From a virus (lineage: Duplodnaviria > Heunggongvirae > Uroviricota > Caudoviricetes): a DNA stretch of 28,227 nt. Location of the stretch: positions 1-28,227 of IMG/VR virus record IMGVR_UViG_3300045988_125232; one strand, written 5' to 3'. The notes under the pieces were generated by a model. That model had not been told where the DNA came from. It made no database searches and saw only the letters and a program-made list of their open reading frames with translations. The position numbers were made by a program, and so were the translations under genes. Below are positions 14,856 through 24,816 of the stretch, one piece after another; positions within the stretch are counted from its first letter, which is position 1; each line of letters begins with the position of its first letter.

Positions 14856-15350
14856 ATGGCTGGAACGGCGGGGCGTTCCGGGCGTCGCCCCAAGCCAACG
14901 GCGCGCAAGGCGCTGGCCGGAAACCCCGGCAAGCGAGCCCTGAATAAAGATGAACCTGTTTTTACGCCCATCAAAGGTGTTGAGCCACCGGAGTGGTTCG
15001 CTGAAGAAGATCTCCCTCTCGCTACGATCATGTGGCAACTGACAACTAAAGAACTCTGCGGTCAGGGCCTGCTGTGCGTGACTGACCTTGCGGTGCTTGA
15101 GCGGTGGTGCGTGGCCTACGAGTTCTGGCGACGTGCCGTGAAAAATATTGCCAGACAGGGCAACACCATCACCGGTGCAATGGGCGGTATGGTCAAAAAT
15201 CCGGAGCTGACTGCCAAAAAAGAACAGGAGTCCGAGATGAGCAGTACGGGGGCAATGCTCGGACTCGACCCCAGCAGCCGCCAGCGTCTGATTGGCCTGG
15301 CGGGGAAGAAGAAAGCCACTAACCCGTTTCTGAAAATCATCGAATCATGA
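14856..15350 (+). CDS. Terminase small subunit (P27 family)
   Basis: Basic N-terminus ([13 protein letters not shown]), size, and position immediately upstream of and overlapping the large terminase. AGGAG lies 8 nt before the ATG at 14856 (the track ORF begins at a GTG at 14847). Confidence 0.85.
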   Translation: MAGTAGRSGRRPKPTARKALAGNPGKRALNKDEPVFTPIKGVEPPEWFAEEDLPLATIMWQLTTKELCGQGLLCVTDLAVLERWCVAYEFWRRAVKNIARQGNTITGAMGGMVKNPELTAKKEQESEMSSTGAMLGLDPSSRQRLIGLAGKKKATNPFLKIIES

Positions 15351-17080
15351 GCCGGAAATCTTACCCCAACGTAAATGCTGCAAATCAGTATGCCCGGGAT
15401 GTCGTGCGCGGAAAGATTGTTGCCTGCCAGTTTGTGATTCAGGCCTGCCAGCGCCATCTTGATGACCTGATGGCGGAAAAAAGTAAGTCGTTTCGTTACC
15501 GCTTCGACAAGGACCTGGCTGAACGGGCCGCGAAATTTATTCAGCTGTTGCCGCACACCAAGGGGGAGTGGGCATTCAAACGGATGCCCATCACGCTGGA
15601 GCCGTGGCAGCTATTTGTGATCTGCTGTGCGTTTGGCTGGGTCAATAAAGGCACCCGGTTGCGCCGCTTCCGGGAGGTGTACACCGAAATCCCCCGTAAG
15701 AACGGCAAATCAGCAATCTCTGCCGGTGTTGCCCTGTATTGTTTTGCCTGTGATAACGAGTTTGGCGCGGAAGTGTATTCCGGTGCCACGACAGAGAAAC
15801 AGGCGTGGGAAGTCTTTCGCCCGGCGCGACTGATGTGTAAACGCACACCCATGCTGACGGAAGCGTTCGGGATTGAGGTTAACGCCTCAAACATGAACCG
15901 TCCGGAGGATGGCGCGCGGTTTGAACCGCTGATCGGCAACCCAGGTGATGGTTCATCACCCCACTGTGCCGTGGTTGATGAATATCACGAGCATGCCACC
16001 GATGCGCTTTATACCACAATGCTTACCGGGATGGGGGCGCGACGTCAGCCACTGATGTGGGCCATCACCACCGCCGGGTACAACATTGAGGGGCCGTGCT
16101 ACGACAAGCGGCGGGAAGTCATCGAGATGCTCAACGGCTCGGTGCCTAACGATGAACTGTTCGGGATCATCTATACCGTTGATGAAGGTGACGACTGGAC
16201 CGACCCGCAGGTGCTGGAAAAAGCCAATCCAAATATTGGCGTGTCGGTTTATCGCGAATTTTTGTTAAGTCAGCAGCAGCGTGCGAAAAATAACGCCCGT
16301 CTGGCAAACGTCTTTAAAACAAAACACCTCAATATCTGGGTGTCGGCGCGTTCGGCGTATTTCAACCTGGTGAGCTGGCAGAGCTGCGAGGATAAATCAC
16401 TGACTCTTGAGCAGTTCGAGGGGCAGCCGTGCATTCTGGCCTTTGACCTGGCGCGTAAGCTGGATATGAACAGCATGGCGCGACTTTATACCCGCGAGAT
16501 TGACGGTAAAACGCATTACTACAGTGTGGCCCCGCGTTTCTGGGTACCGTATGACACGGTGTACAGCGTCGAGAAAAATGAAGATCGCCGGACAGCCGAA
16601 CGCTTTCAGAAATGGGTGGAAATGGGCGTTCTGACCGTTACCGATGGTGCAGAGGTGGATTATCGCTACATCCTCGAAGAGGCCAAAGCGGCGAACAAAA
16701 TCAGCCCGGTCAGTGAGTCACCCATCGACCCTTTCGGAGCGACCGGGCTGTCACATGACCTTGCTGATGAAGACCTGAATCCCGTTACTATCGTCCAGAA
16801 CTTCGCCAATATGTCCGACCCGATGAAAGAGCTGGAGGCAGCGATTGAATCGGGACGCTTTCATCATGACGGCAATCCCATCATGACCTGGTGTATCGGC
16901 AATGTGGTCGGCAAAACCATTCCGGGTAACGATGATTTAGTGAAGCCCGTCAAAGAGCAGGCGGAAAACAAAATCGATGGTGCAGTTGCGCTGATTATGG
17001 CGGTTGGCAGAGCCATGCTGTACGAGAAAGAAGACACGCTGTCTGACCACATTGAGTCCTATGGGATCCGCTCGCTTTAA
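15347..17080 (+). CDS. Terminase large subunit
   Basis: 577 aa with a P-loop-like ATPase segment ([10 protein letters not shown]) and C-terminal nuclease-like region; overlaps the small subunit stop. Confidence 0.95.
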
Positions 17081-17091
17081 CTGAGGTAATT

Positions 17092-17274
17092 ATGATCATG
17101 CTGATTCTCGCGCCTCTGGTGGGCGTGCTGGGGGCGCTTTTGCTGGCGTATGGTGCCTGGCTGATTTATCCCCCGGCGGGGTTTGTTGTTGCCGGGGCGT
17201 TGTGTCTGTTCTGGTCGTGGCTGGTGGCGCGATATCTCGACCGTACACAGTCGTCTGTCGGCGGAGGTAAATAG
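17092..17274 (+). CDS. Small two-helix membrane protein (60 aa)
   Basis: GAGGT ribosome-binding site 7 nt before the ATG; two hydrophobic helices. Sits between terminase and portal. Confidence 0.4.
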
Positions 17275-18515
17275 TGTTCTTTTCGGGATTATTTCAACGA
17301 AAAAGTGACGCACCGGTGACCACGCCAGCAGAGCTGGCGGATGCTATCGGGTTGTCCTACGACACCTATACCGGAAAGCAGATCAGCAGCCAGCGGGCCA
17401 TGCGACTGACGGCGGTTTTTTCCTGTGTCAGGGTGCTGGCGGAGTCGGTCGGGATGTTGCCCTGCAACCTGTATCACCTGAACGGCAGTCTGAAGCAGAG
17501 AGCCGCTGGCGAACGTCTGCATAAGCTGATCTCCACGCATCCCAATGGCTATATGACGCCGCAGGAGTTCTGGGAGCTGGTGGTCACCTGTCTGTGCCTG
17601 CGGGGAAACTTTTACGCCTACAAAGTGAAAGCATTTGGCGAAGTGGCTGAACTGCTGCCCGTCGATCCCGGCTGTGTGGTACCGAAGCTTAACAGTAGCT
17701 GGGAGCCGGTCTATCAGGTCACATTCCCGGATGGCTCCACGGATGTACTGAGCCAGAAGGATATCTGGCATGTGCGCACGCTGACGCTGGACGGACTGGT
17801 GGGGCTGAATCCCATCGCCTATGCCCGCGAGGCAATATCGCTGGCGGCAGCGACCGAAGAGCACGGGGCCAGACTGTTCAGCAATGGCGCGGTGACGTCG
17901 GGTGTGTTGCGTACAGAGCAGACGCTGTCAGATCAGGCTTATGAGCGCCTGAAGAAAGATTTTGAGGAGCGTCACACCGGGCTTGGCAATGCTCACCGCC
18001 CGATGATCCTTGAGATGGGGCTGGACTGGAAGTCGATGGCGCTGAACGCCGAGGACAGCCAGTTCCTGGAAACCCGCAAGTTTCAGCTTGAAGAAATCTG
18101 TCGTCTGTTCCGGGTGCCGTTGCACATGGTGCAGAACACCGATCGCGCCACCTTCAACAATATCGAAGAGCTGGGGCTGGGATTTATCAACTATTCACTG
18201 GTGCCGTATCTGACCCGCATCGAACAGCGGATCAACACCGGACTGGTACGAAAAAGTAAGCAGGGCGTTTATTACGCCAAATTTAACGCCGGGGCGTTAC
18301 TGCGCGGGGATATGAAGTCCCGTTTTGAAGCCTACGCCACCGGGATCAACTGGGGAATTTACTCTCCCAATGACTGCCGCGACCTGGAAGATATGAATCC
18401 ACGACCCGGTGGTGATGTCTATCTCACACCGATGAACATGACCACGAAACCCTCCGATGGCAGTAAAGCCGGTAAGCAGAAGGATAACGCCAATGCAGAC
18501 GAAACAACGTCTTGA
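17274..18515 (+). CDS. Portal protein (HK97 family)
   Basis: 413 aa, GTG start after GGAGG; size and position between terminase and prohead protease. Confidence 0.9.
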   Translation: MFFSGLFQRKSDAPVTTPAELADAIGLSYDTYTGKQISSQRAMRLTAVFSCVRVLAESVGMLPCNLYHLNGSLKQRAAGERLHKLISTHPNGYMTPQEFWELVVTCLCLRGNFYAYKVKAFGEVAELLPVDPGCVVPKLNSSWEPVYQVTFPDGSTDVLSQKDIWHVRTLTLDGLVGLNPIAYAREAISLAAATEEHGARLFSNGAVTSGVLRTEQTLSDQAYERLKKDFEERHTGLGNAHRPMILEMGLDWKSMALNAEDSQFLETRKFQLEEICRLFRVPLHMVQNTDRATFNNIEELGLGFINYSLVPYLTRIEQRINTGLVRKSKQGVYYAKFNAGALLRGDMKSRFEAYATGINWGIYSPNDCRDLEDMNPRPGGDVYLTPMNMTTKPSDGSKAGKQKDNANADETTS

Positions 18516-19143
18516 TGTACCGCTGAGTCTGAAATCTGTCAGTGACTCCGGTGAGTTTGAAGGGTATGGCTCCGTCTTTGGTGTAAAGGACAGCCACGAT
18601 GATGTGGTGATGTCCGGGGCATTTGCTGCTTCCCTGCGGGCGTGGAGTGACAGAAAAGCGTTACCTGCGCTGCTCTGGCAGCACCGCATGGATGAACCCA
18701 TCGGTGTTTACACCGAAATGAAGGAAGACGATGTCGGGCTTTACGTCAGGGGACGGTTGCTTATTGATGATGATCCCCTCGCAAAACGCGCACATGCACA
18801 CATGAAGGCCGGTTCGTTAACCGGCCTTTCTATTGGGTACGTCCTGAAAGACTGGGAATACGACCGGAGCAAAGAAGCCTTTCTGCTGAAAGAAATCGAC
18901 CTCTGGGAAGTCAGCCTGGTGACGTTCCCGTCTAACGACGAGGCGCGGATCAGCGACGTCAAGAACGCACTGGCCCGCGGGGAAATCCCCGAACAGAAAA
19001 AAATCGAAAGAGTCCTGCGTGATGTCGGACTCTCCCGTACCCAGGCCAAAGCATTCATGGCCGGGGGCTATGGCGCACTGTCCCTGCGCGACGCTGAGGA
19101 TGTGGGCTCTGCACTGAATGCACTGAAAAATCTGAACTTCTAA
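18493..19143 (+). CDS. Prohead maturation protease (HK97 family)
   Basis: AGGA ribosome-binding site before the internal ATG, which overlaps the portal 3' end; followed directly by the capsid gene. Confidence 0.85.
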   Translation: MQTKQRLDVPLSLKSVSDSGEFEGYGSVFGVKDSHDDVVMSGAFAASLRAWSDRKALPALLWQHRMDEPIGVYTEMKEDDVGLYVRGRLLIDDDPLAKRAHAHMKAGSLTGLSIGYVLKDWEYDRSKEAFLLKEIDLWEVSLVTFPSNDEARISDVKNALARGEIPEQKKIERVLRDVGLSRTQAKAFMAGGYGALSLRDAEDVGSALNALKNLNF

Positions 19144-19157
19144 TCAGGAGAAATACG

Positions 19158-20363
19158 ATGGCGGTTGATATTAAAGATGTCGAACAGGTCGCGCAGGAGC
19201 TGCAGCAGAAGTTTGACGACTTCAAAGCAAAGAACGACAAGCGCGTTGAGGCGATTGAGCAGGAAAAAGGCAAACTTGCCGGGCAGGTGGAAACCCTGAA
19301 CGGAAAACTCAGCGAGCTGGAAAATCTCAAAAGCGATCTTGAAAAAGAGCTGCTTGAGCTGAAACGTCCGGCAGGTGGTGCGCAAAATAAACTGACCACC
19401 GAGCATAAAGAAGCGTTTGTGGGCTTCCTGCGTAAAGGCCGTGAAGATGGTCTGCGCGATCTGGAGCGCAAGGCATTACAGGTGGGCACCGATGAAGACG
19501 GCGGCTATGCCGTGCCGGAAGCGCTGGATCGCAACATTCTGACCTTGCTGAAAGATGAAGTGGTGATGCGTCAGGAAGCCACGGTGATCACCATTGGTGG
19601 TTCCGACTACAAAAAACTGGTGAATCTGGGCGGCACGGCTTCCGGATGGGTTGGCGAGACTGACGCGCGCTCCCAGACTGCCACCTCAAAACTGGGCCTG
19701 ATTGAACCTTTCATGGGGGAAATCTACGGTAACCCGCAGGCCACCCAGAAAATGCTGGATGATGCCTTTTTCAACGTGGAAGCATGGATCAACAGCGAGC
19801 TGGCAACCGAATTTGCCGAACAGGAAGAAATTGCCTTTACCTCAGGCGATGGCACCAAGAAGCCGAAAGGGTTCCTGGCGTATGAATCCACTGATGAAAC
19901 CGATAAGGTCCGGGCGTTCGGCAAACTTCAGCATATTGTATCCGGCGAAGCGACTGCGGTGACCGCAGACGCCATTATCAAACTGATTTACACGCTGCGT
20001 AAGGCACACCGCACTGGCGCGAAGTTCATGATGAACAACAACAGCCTGTTTGCCATTCGTCTGTTGAAAGACAACGAGGGTAACTATCTGTGGCGTCCGG
20101 GGCTGGAACTGGGGCAGCCTTCTTCTCTGCTGGGGTACGGTATTGCTGAAAACGAACAGATGCCGGATATTGCTGCGGATGCGAAAGCCATCGCATTTGG
20201 TAACTTCAAACGGGGTTACACCATCGTTGACCGTATCGGCACCCGCATTCTGCGTGACCCGTACACCAATAAACCGTTTGTCGGTTTTTATACCACCAAG
20301 CGCACCGGCGGAATGCTGGTCGATTCGCAGGCCATCAAACTGCTGAAGATTGCAGAGAAGTAA
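19158..20363 (+). CDS. Major capsid protein (HK97 fold) with N-terminal scaffolding/delta domain
   Basis: 401 aa; N-terminal coiled-coil region (…LQQKFDDFKAKNDKRVEAIEQEKGKLAGQVETLNGKLSELENLKSDLEKELLELK) followed by the capsid body; AGGAG ribosome-binding site. Confidence 0.9.
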   Translation: MAVDIKDVEQVAQELQQKFDDFKAKNDKRVEAIEQEKGKLAGQVETLNGKLSELENLKSDLEKELLELKRPAGGAQNKLTTEHKEAFVGFLRKGREDGLRDLERKALQVGTDEDGGYAVPEALDRNILTLLKDEVVMRQEATVITIGGSDYKKLVNLGGTASGWVGETDARSQTATSKLGLIEPFMGEIYGNPQATQKMLDDAFFNVEAWINSELATEFAEQEEIAFTSGDGTKKPKGFLAYESTDETDKVRAFGKLQHIVSGEATAVTADAIIKLIYTLRKAHRTGAKFMMNNNSLFAIRLLKDNEGNYLWRPGLELGQPSSLLGYGIAENEQMPDIAADAKAIAFGNFKRGYTIVDRIGTRILRDPYTNKPFVGFYTTKRTGGMLVDSQAIKLLKIAEK

Positions 20364-20412
20364 TCGCTCATGGGCGCGGTTCCGCGCCCCCTGTTCTGAA
20401 GGGTGAAGAATC

Positions 20413-20640
20413 ATGATCCTGAAACAAGATCTTAAATGGTCACCGGACGGTATGCGTGTTGAGGTCATTCGGGCCGGTGAGTATGACGACGGGGCGCTTC
20501 CTGCCCGGGTGCAGGAGATTGCACTTCAGGCCGGGTTAGCAGAGCGCGGAACCAGTGCAAAAAGCAGTAAAGCGGCAAAAGAGAAAAAGCCACGGCCAGT
20601 AAAGAGGGATGAGAATGCTTCTGACACTGGAAGAGATTAA
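20413..20640 (+). CDS. Possible small head-associated protein (75 aa)
   Basis: ORF with ATG after GAAG, between capsid and connector genes; weak support. Confidence 0.3.
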   Translation: MILKQDLKWSPDGMRVEVIRAGEYDDGALPARVQEIALQAGLAERGTSAKSSKAAKEKKPRPVKRDENASDTGRD

Positions 20641-20938
20641 AGCCCAACTCCGGCTGGATGAGGATTTCGATGCCGATGACCGCCATCTGCAACTGCTGGC
20701 CTGTGCGGCGCAAAAGCGGACGGAAACGTATCTGAACCGGAAGCTCTATGCACCGGATGAATCCATTCCGGACAGCGATCCGGACGGGCTGCACCTGCCG
20801 GATGATATTCGTCTTGGGATGCTGATGCTTATCAGCCACTTTTACGAAAACCGCTCGTCGGTTACGGAAGTGGAGAAACTCGACATGCCGCAGAGTTTTG
20901 GCTGGCTTGTCAGCCCGTACAGGTACTTTCCGCAATGA
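20609..20938 (+). CDS. Head-tail connector protein (gp6-like)
   Basis: 109 aa; the N-terminal LTLEEIKAQLRLD segment is characteristic of gp6-like connector/DNA-packaging proteins; position after the capsid gene. Confidence 0.7.
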   Translation: MRMLLTLEEIKAQLRLDEDFDADDRHLQLLACAAQKRTETYLNRKLYAPDESIPDSDPDGLHLPDDIRLGMLMLISHFYENRSSVTEVEKLDMPQSFGWLVSPYRYFPQ

Positions 20939-21345
20939 AAATTAGCCAGGCACAGACCAGCGCAACCTACATTCTGCCGGACCCCGGTGAACTGAATAAA
21001 CGCGTCCTGATCCGCCAGCGGGTGGATATGCCCGCAGATAACTTTGGCGTGGAGCCTCAATACCCGGTTGCGTTCAGTACATGGGCGAAGGTTATCCAGA
21101 CCAGTGCCACCACCTGGCAGGAAACCGCGCAGACCGGAGACGCCATCACCCATTACATCACCATTCGTTACCGCCGGGGGATCACCTCTGATTATGAGGT
21201 GGTCTGCGGTGACAGTGTGTACCGGGTGAAACGTCAGCGCGATCTGAACGGAGCGCGGCGCTTTCTGCTGCTAGAGTGTACGGAGCTGGGCGAATGTAGG
21301 CAGAGTCACGGAGGCAGCAATGGCGACTTCCTTTTTGCACGTTGA
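20935..21345 (+). CDS. Head-tail joining (head closure) protein
   Basis: 136 aa, translationally coupled in the head-completion block; assignment by position and size. Confidence 0.65.
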   Translation: MKISQAQTSATYILPDPGELNKRVLIRQRVDMPADNFGVEPQYPVAFSTWAKVIQTSATTWQETAQTGDAITHYITIRYRRGITSDYEVVCGDSVYRVKRQRDLNGARRFLLLECTELGECRQSHGGSNGDFLFAR

Positions 21346-21826
21346 TTTTCAGCAGCCCACGGAGATGCGCTTTAACCGCGCCCGTGTCCGGCGGGCGTTT
21401 GTCACGATTGGTCAGCGTCATATGCGTGATGCCCGTCGGCTGGTGATGCGCCGTGCGCGGTCGGCACCGGGTGAAAACCCCGGTTATCAGACCGGACGCC
21501 TGGCTCGTTCGATTGGTTACATGGTACCCAGAGCCAGTAAACATCGCCCTGGTTTTATGGCACGTATAGCCCCTAACCAGCGTAATGGAGAGGGAAACCG
21601 CCGTATCACTGGTGATTTTTATCCGGCTTTTTTGTTCTATGGCGTGAGGCGAGGGGCAAAGCGTCGTCGCAGCCATCATCGTGGTGCATCCGGTGGCAGC
21701 GGCTGGCGACTGGCTCCACGTAATAACTTCATGATGGAAACGCTTGAAAAGAACCGCAGCTGGACACGCTATTTTCTGGCGCGGGAATTGCGTAAATCAC
21801 TGAAGCCGGAGCGACGACACAGATGA
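21320..21826 (+). CDS. HK97 gp10-family virion protein
   Basis: 168 aa, basic, in the head-tail completion block; contains a GENPG...TG.L..SI segment typical of the gp10 family. Confidence 0.65.
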   Translation: MATSFLHVDFQQPTEMRFNRARVRRAFVTIGQRHMRDARRLVMRRARSAPGENPGYQTGRLARSIGYMVPRASKHRPGFMARIAPNQRNGEGNRRITGDFYPAFLFYGVRRGAKRRRSHHRGASGGSGWRLAPRNNFMMETLEKNRSWTRYFLARELRKSLKPERRHR

Positions 21827-22383
21827 AACTGACGCCTGTTATTGCTGCACTGCGTGCCCGCTGTCCGTATTTTGAAAACCGGGTTGCAGGTGCGGCCCAG
21901 TTCAAAAATCTGCCGGAGGTCGGAAAGCTGAAACTCCCGGCGGCATATGTTGTACCGGGTGATGATTCTCCGGGAGAAAACAAAAGCCAGACCGACTACT
22001 GGCAGGCGCTGAAAGAGGGTTTCTCCGTGGTTGTCATACTGAGTAACGGGCGTGATGAGCGCGGTCAGTTTGCCTCGTATGATGTGGTGGACGATGTCCG
22101 GCAGATGCTCTTTAAGGCTCTGCTGGGCTGGAACCCGGAGGCGTGCGGTAACCCGATTACCTATGACGGCGGCACGCTGCTGGATCTGAATCGTCATGAG
22201 CTGATTTATCAGTTCGATTTTTCGGTCATCAGCGAGCTGACTGAAGACGATACCCGCCAGCAGGATGATCTGAACAGTCTGGATGAACTGCAAACGCTGG
22301 CGATTGATGTTGATTATCTCGATCCAGGTAACGGGCCTGACGGCGATATCGAACATCACACAGAAATAACCATTCCTTCCTGA
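21823..22383 (+). CDS. Tail completion/terminator-like protein (Mu gp37 position)
   Basis: 186 aa, immediately upstream of a small ORF and the sheath gene; assignment by synteny. Confidence 0.55.
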   Translation: MKLTPVIAALRARCPYFENRVAGAAQFKNLPEVGKLKLPAAYVVPGDDSPGENKSQTDYWQALKEGFSVVVILSNGRDERGQFASYDVVDDVRQMLFKALLGWNPEACGNPITYDGGTLLDLNRHELIYQFDFSVISELTEDDTRQQDDLNSLDELQTLAIDVDYLDPGNGPDGDIEHHTEITIPS

Positions 22384-22391
22384 GGATCCTC

Positions 22392-22562
22392 ATGTTTGTG
22401 AAACCTGTTAAAGGGCGGTCAGTGCCTGACCCTGCCCGCAGCGACCTTTTGCCCGCCGAAGGGCGAAATGTTGACGAGAACAACTACTGGCTGCGCCGTG
22501 AAGCAGCGGGTGATATCCGGCGCGTGAATAAAAAGGTGAACACCGATGACGATAAGCTTTAA
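22392..22562 (+). CDS. Small conserved Mu-like tail-module protein (DUF2635-like, 56 aa)
   Basis: ATG at 22392; the product (MFVKPVKGRSVPDPARSDLLPAEGRNVDENNYWLRREAAGDIRRV…) resembles the small protein that precedes the sheath gene in Mu-type tails; overlaps the sheath start. Below the 60-aa cutoff of the ORF track. Confidence 0.45.
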   Translation: MFVKPVKGRSVPDPARSDLLPAEGRNVDENNYWLRREAAGDIRRVNKKVNTDDDKL

Positions 22563-24042
22563 CACCATTCCGTCGAATACGCTGGTTCCGCTGTTTTATG
22601 CGGAAATGGATAACCAGGCGGCGAATACTGCACAGGACAGCGGAGCATCGCTGCTGATTGGTCATGCCAGTAACGGTGCAGAGATTGTTGCCAACAGTCT
22701 GGTGCTGATGCCGTCGGCAGACTATGCACGCCAGATTTGTGGTGCGGGAAGTCAGCTGGCGCGTATGGTCGAGGCTTATCGCCAGACCGACCCGTTTGGT
22801 GAGCTGTATGTGATTGCCGTTCCGGAAGCCACAGGCGCGGCGGCAACGGTTACGCTGACGGTGACCGGGGAAGCAACCGAAAGCGGCACGGTGAATGTCT
22901 ATGTGGGACGTACCCGCGTGCAGGCTCCGGTGACCAACGGCGATAACGTCACGACGATTGCCAGCAGTATCAAAGATGCCATCAATGCCGTTCCGGCCCT
23001 GCCGTTTACGGCTTCATCTTCGGCAGGTGTGGTCACACTGACCGCGCGTCATAAGGGGCTTTGCGGGAATGAAATTCCTGTCAGCCTCAATTACTACGGC
23101 TTTGGTGGGGGCGAAGTGCTGCCAGCGGGCGTACAGATTGCCGTGGCGACGGGTACCGCCGGAACGGGTGCTCCGGTTCTCACCGGCGCGGTGGCTGCAA
23201 TGGCGGATGAGCCGTTTGATTATATCGGCCTGCCGTTCAACGACACGGCCTCCGTTAACACGCTGGTGACCGAGATGAACGATACCAGCGGTCGCTGGAG
23301 CTATGCGCGTCAGCTGTATGGTCATGTGTATACGGCAAAGATCGGCACGCTGTCAGAACTGGTGACCGCAGGTGACCAGTTTAACCAGCAGCACATTACC
23401 CTGGCGGGGTACGAAAAAGAGACCCAGACGCCTGCCGACGAACTGGCGGCAAGCCGTACCGCCCGCGCAGCGGTGTTTATTCGCAACGATCCGGCACGTC
23501 CCACGCAGACCGGTGAGCTGGTGGGTATGCTGCCTGCGCCGAAGGGGAAACGGTTCACGATGACCGAACAACAGACCCTGCTGTCTCATGGCGTGGCAAC
23601 GGCGTATGTCGAAAGCGGGGTACTGCGCATTCAGCGTGATGTCACCACGTACAGGAAAAACGCTTACGGGGTTGCGGATAACAGCTACCTCGACAGTGAG
23701 ACACTGCATACCAGCGCGTATGTACTGCGCAAACTGAAATCCGTCATTACCAGTAAGTACGGGCGTCACAAGCTTGCCAGTGACGGTACCCGCTTTGGTC
23801 CCGGTCAGGCGATTGTCACCCCGGCGGTGATCAAAGGGGAACTGCTGGCAACCTACCGTCAGCTTGAGCGTGCGGGGATCGTGGAAAACTACGAACTGTT
23901 TAAGCAGTACCTGGTTGTGGAGCGTGATGCCAGCGATCCGAACCGCCTGAACACGCTGTTCCCGCCTGACTATGTTAACCAGTTGCGTGTCTTTGCCGTG
24001 GTTAACCAGTTCCGTCTTCAGTATTCAGAGGAGTCTGCATAA
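22546..24042 (+). CDS. Contractile tail sheath protein (Mu-type)
   Basis: 498 aa, followed by tube, frameshifted chaperone and tape-measure genes in canonical myovirus order. Confidence 0.9.
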   Translation: MTISFNTIPSNTLVPLFYAEMDNQAANTAQDSGASLLIGHASNGAEIVANSLVLMPSADYARQICGAGSQLARMVEAYRQTDPFGELYVIAVPEATGAAATVTLTVTGEATESGTVNVYVGRTRVQAPVTNGDNVTTIASSIKDAINAVPALPFTASSSAGVVTLTARHKGLCGNEIPVSLNYYGFGGGEVLPAGVQIAVATGTAGTGAPVLTGAVAAMADEPFDYIGLPFNDTASVNTLVTEMNDTSGRWSYARQLYGHVYTAKIGTLSELVTAGDQFNQQHITLAGYEKETQTPADELAASRTARAAVFIRNDPARPTQTGELVGMLPAPKGKRFTMTEQQTLLSHGVATAYVESGVLRIQRDVTTYRKNAYGVADNSYLDSETLHTSAYVLRKLKSVITSKYGRHKLASDGTRFGPGQAIVTPAVIKGELLATYRQLERAGIVENYELFKQYLVVERDASDPNRLNTLFPPDYVNQLRVFAVVNQFRLQYSEESA

Positions 24043-24398
24043 TGGCCCGTATCGGGGGAACCTGTTATTTCAAAATTGACGGTCAGCAGCTATCGCTGAC
24101 CGGCGGCATTGAGGTGCCCATGAACAGGACGGTCAATGATGACATCATCGGCCTGGACGGTTCAGTGGACCGCAAGGAAACTCACCGTGCGCCCTATGTC
24201 AAAGGGACCTTCAAGGTGCCGAAGAATTTTCCGGTGAGCAAAATCACCTCGTCTGATGAGATGACCATCACTGCCGAGCTGGCGAACGGTCAGGTCTATG
24301 TACTGTCGTCTGCCTGGCTGCACGGCGAAGCGAACCATAATGCCGAAGAAGGCACGGTTGATCTTGAGTTCCACGGTGAAGAAGGGGATTACCAGTAA
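24042..24398 (+). CDS. Tail tube protein
   Basis: 118 aa, coupled to the sheath gene (stop/start overlap). Confidence 0.85.
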   Translation: MARIGGTCYFKIDGQQLSLTGGIEVPMNRTVNDDIIGLDGSVDRKETHRAPYVKGTFKVPKNFPVSKITSSDEMTITAELANGQVYVLSSAWLHGEANHNAEEGTVDLEFHGEEGDYQ

Positions 24399-24667
24399 TG
24401 AAAGAGCTTGAGTTAAAGAAACCGATTACTGCTCATGGCGAGACACTCTCCGTACTTGAGTTTGATGAGCCCACCGGGAAAGATGTCCGCGAGCTGGGGT
24501 ATCCCTACCAGATGAATCAGGATGAGTCAGTCAGACTTCTGGCGCATGTGGTATCGAAATACATTGTGCGGCTGGCGAAAGTGCCGCAAAACTCTGTCGA
24601 CCAGATGTCTCCGGCAGACCTGAATGCAGCGGCGTGGCTTGTGGCCGGTTTTTTCCTCCAGGCCTGA
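24398..24667 (+). CDS. Tail assembly chaperone (upstream frame)
   Basis: 89 aa, coupled to the tube gene; ends just after a T TTT TTC heptamer. Confidence 0.65.
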   Translation: MKELELKKPITAHGETLSVLEFDEPTGKDVRELGYPYQMNQDESVRLLAHVVSKYIVRLAKVPQNSVDQMSPADLNAAAWLVAGFFLQA

Positions 24668-24816
24668 CGGCTGAATACCTCACTGATCGCTTCTTTGACT
24701 GCGCCAGTTACTGGCGCATTAATCCTTTCGAATTGCTGAATATGCCGATCAGTGAAATTCCCTTGCTGGTCAGTCAGGCAAACAGGATAGAGCAGGAGAA
24801 ACGCACACATGGCTGA
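24634..24816 (+). CDS. Tail assembly chaperone, -1 frameshift extension
   Basis: Overlapping ORF in the -1 frame running from the slippery heptamer (about 24649-24655) to just inside the tape-measure start, matching the conserved programmed frameshift between tube and tape-measure genes. Confidence 0.55.
   Translation: MACGRFFPPGLTAEYLTDRFFDCASYWRINPFELLNMPISEIPLLVSQANRIEQEKRTHG

Noticed and set aside
15116-23769. Many minus-strand ORFs inside the structural module (for example 15116-15556, 17289-17864, 19842-20468, 21182-21679, 21769-22359, 23353-23769)
   Set aside because: All are antisense to plus-strand genes with clear structural-protein character and have unusual Arg/Pro/His-rich composition typical of spurious ORFs in GC-rich DNA.
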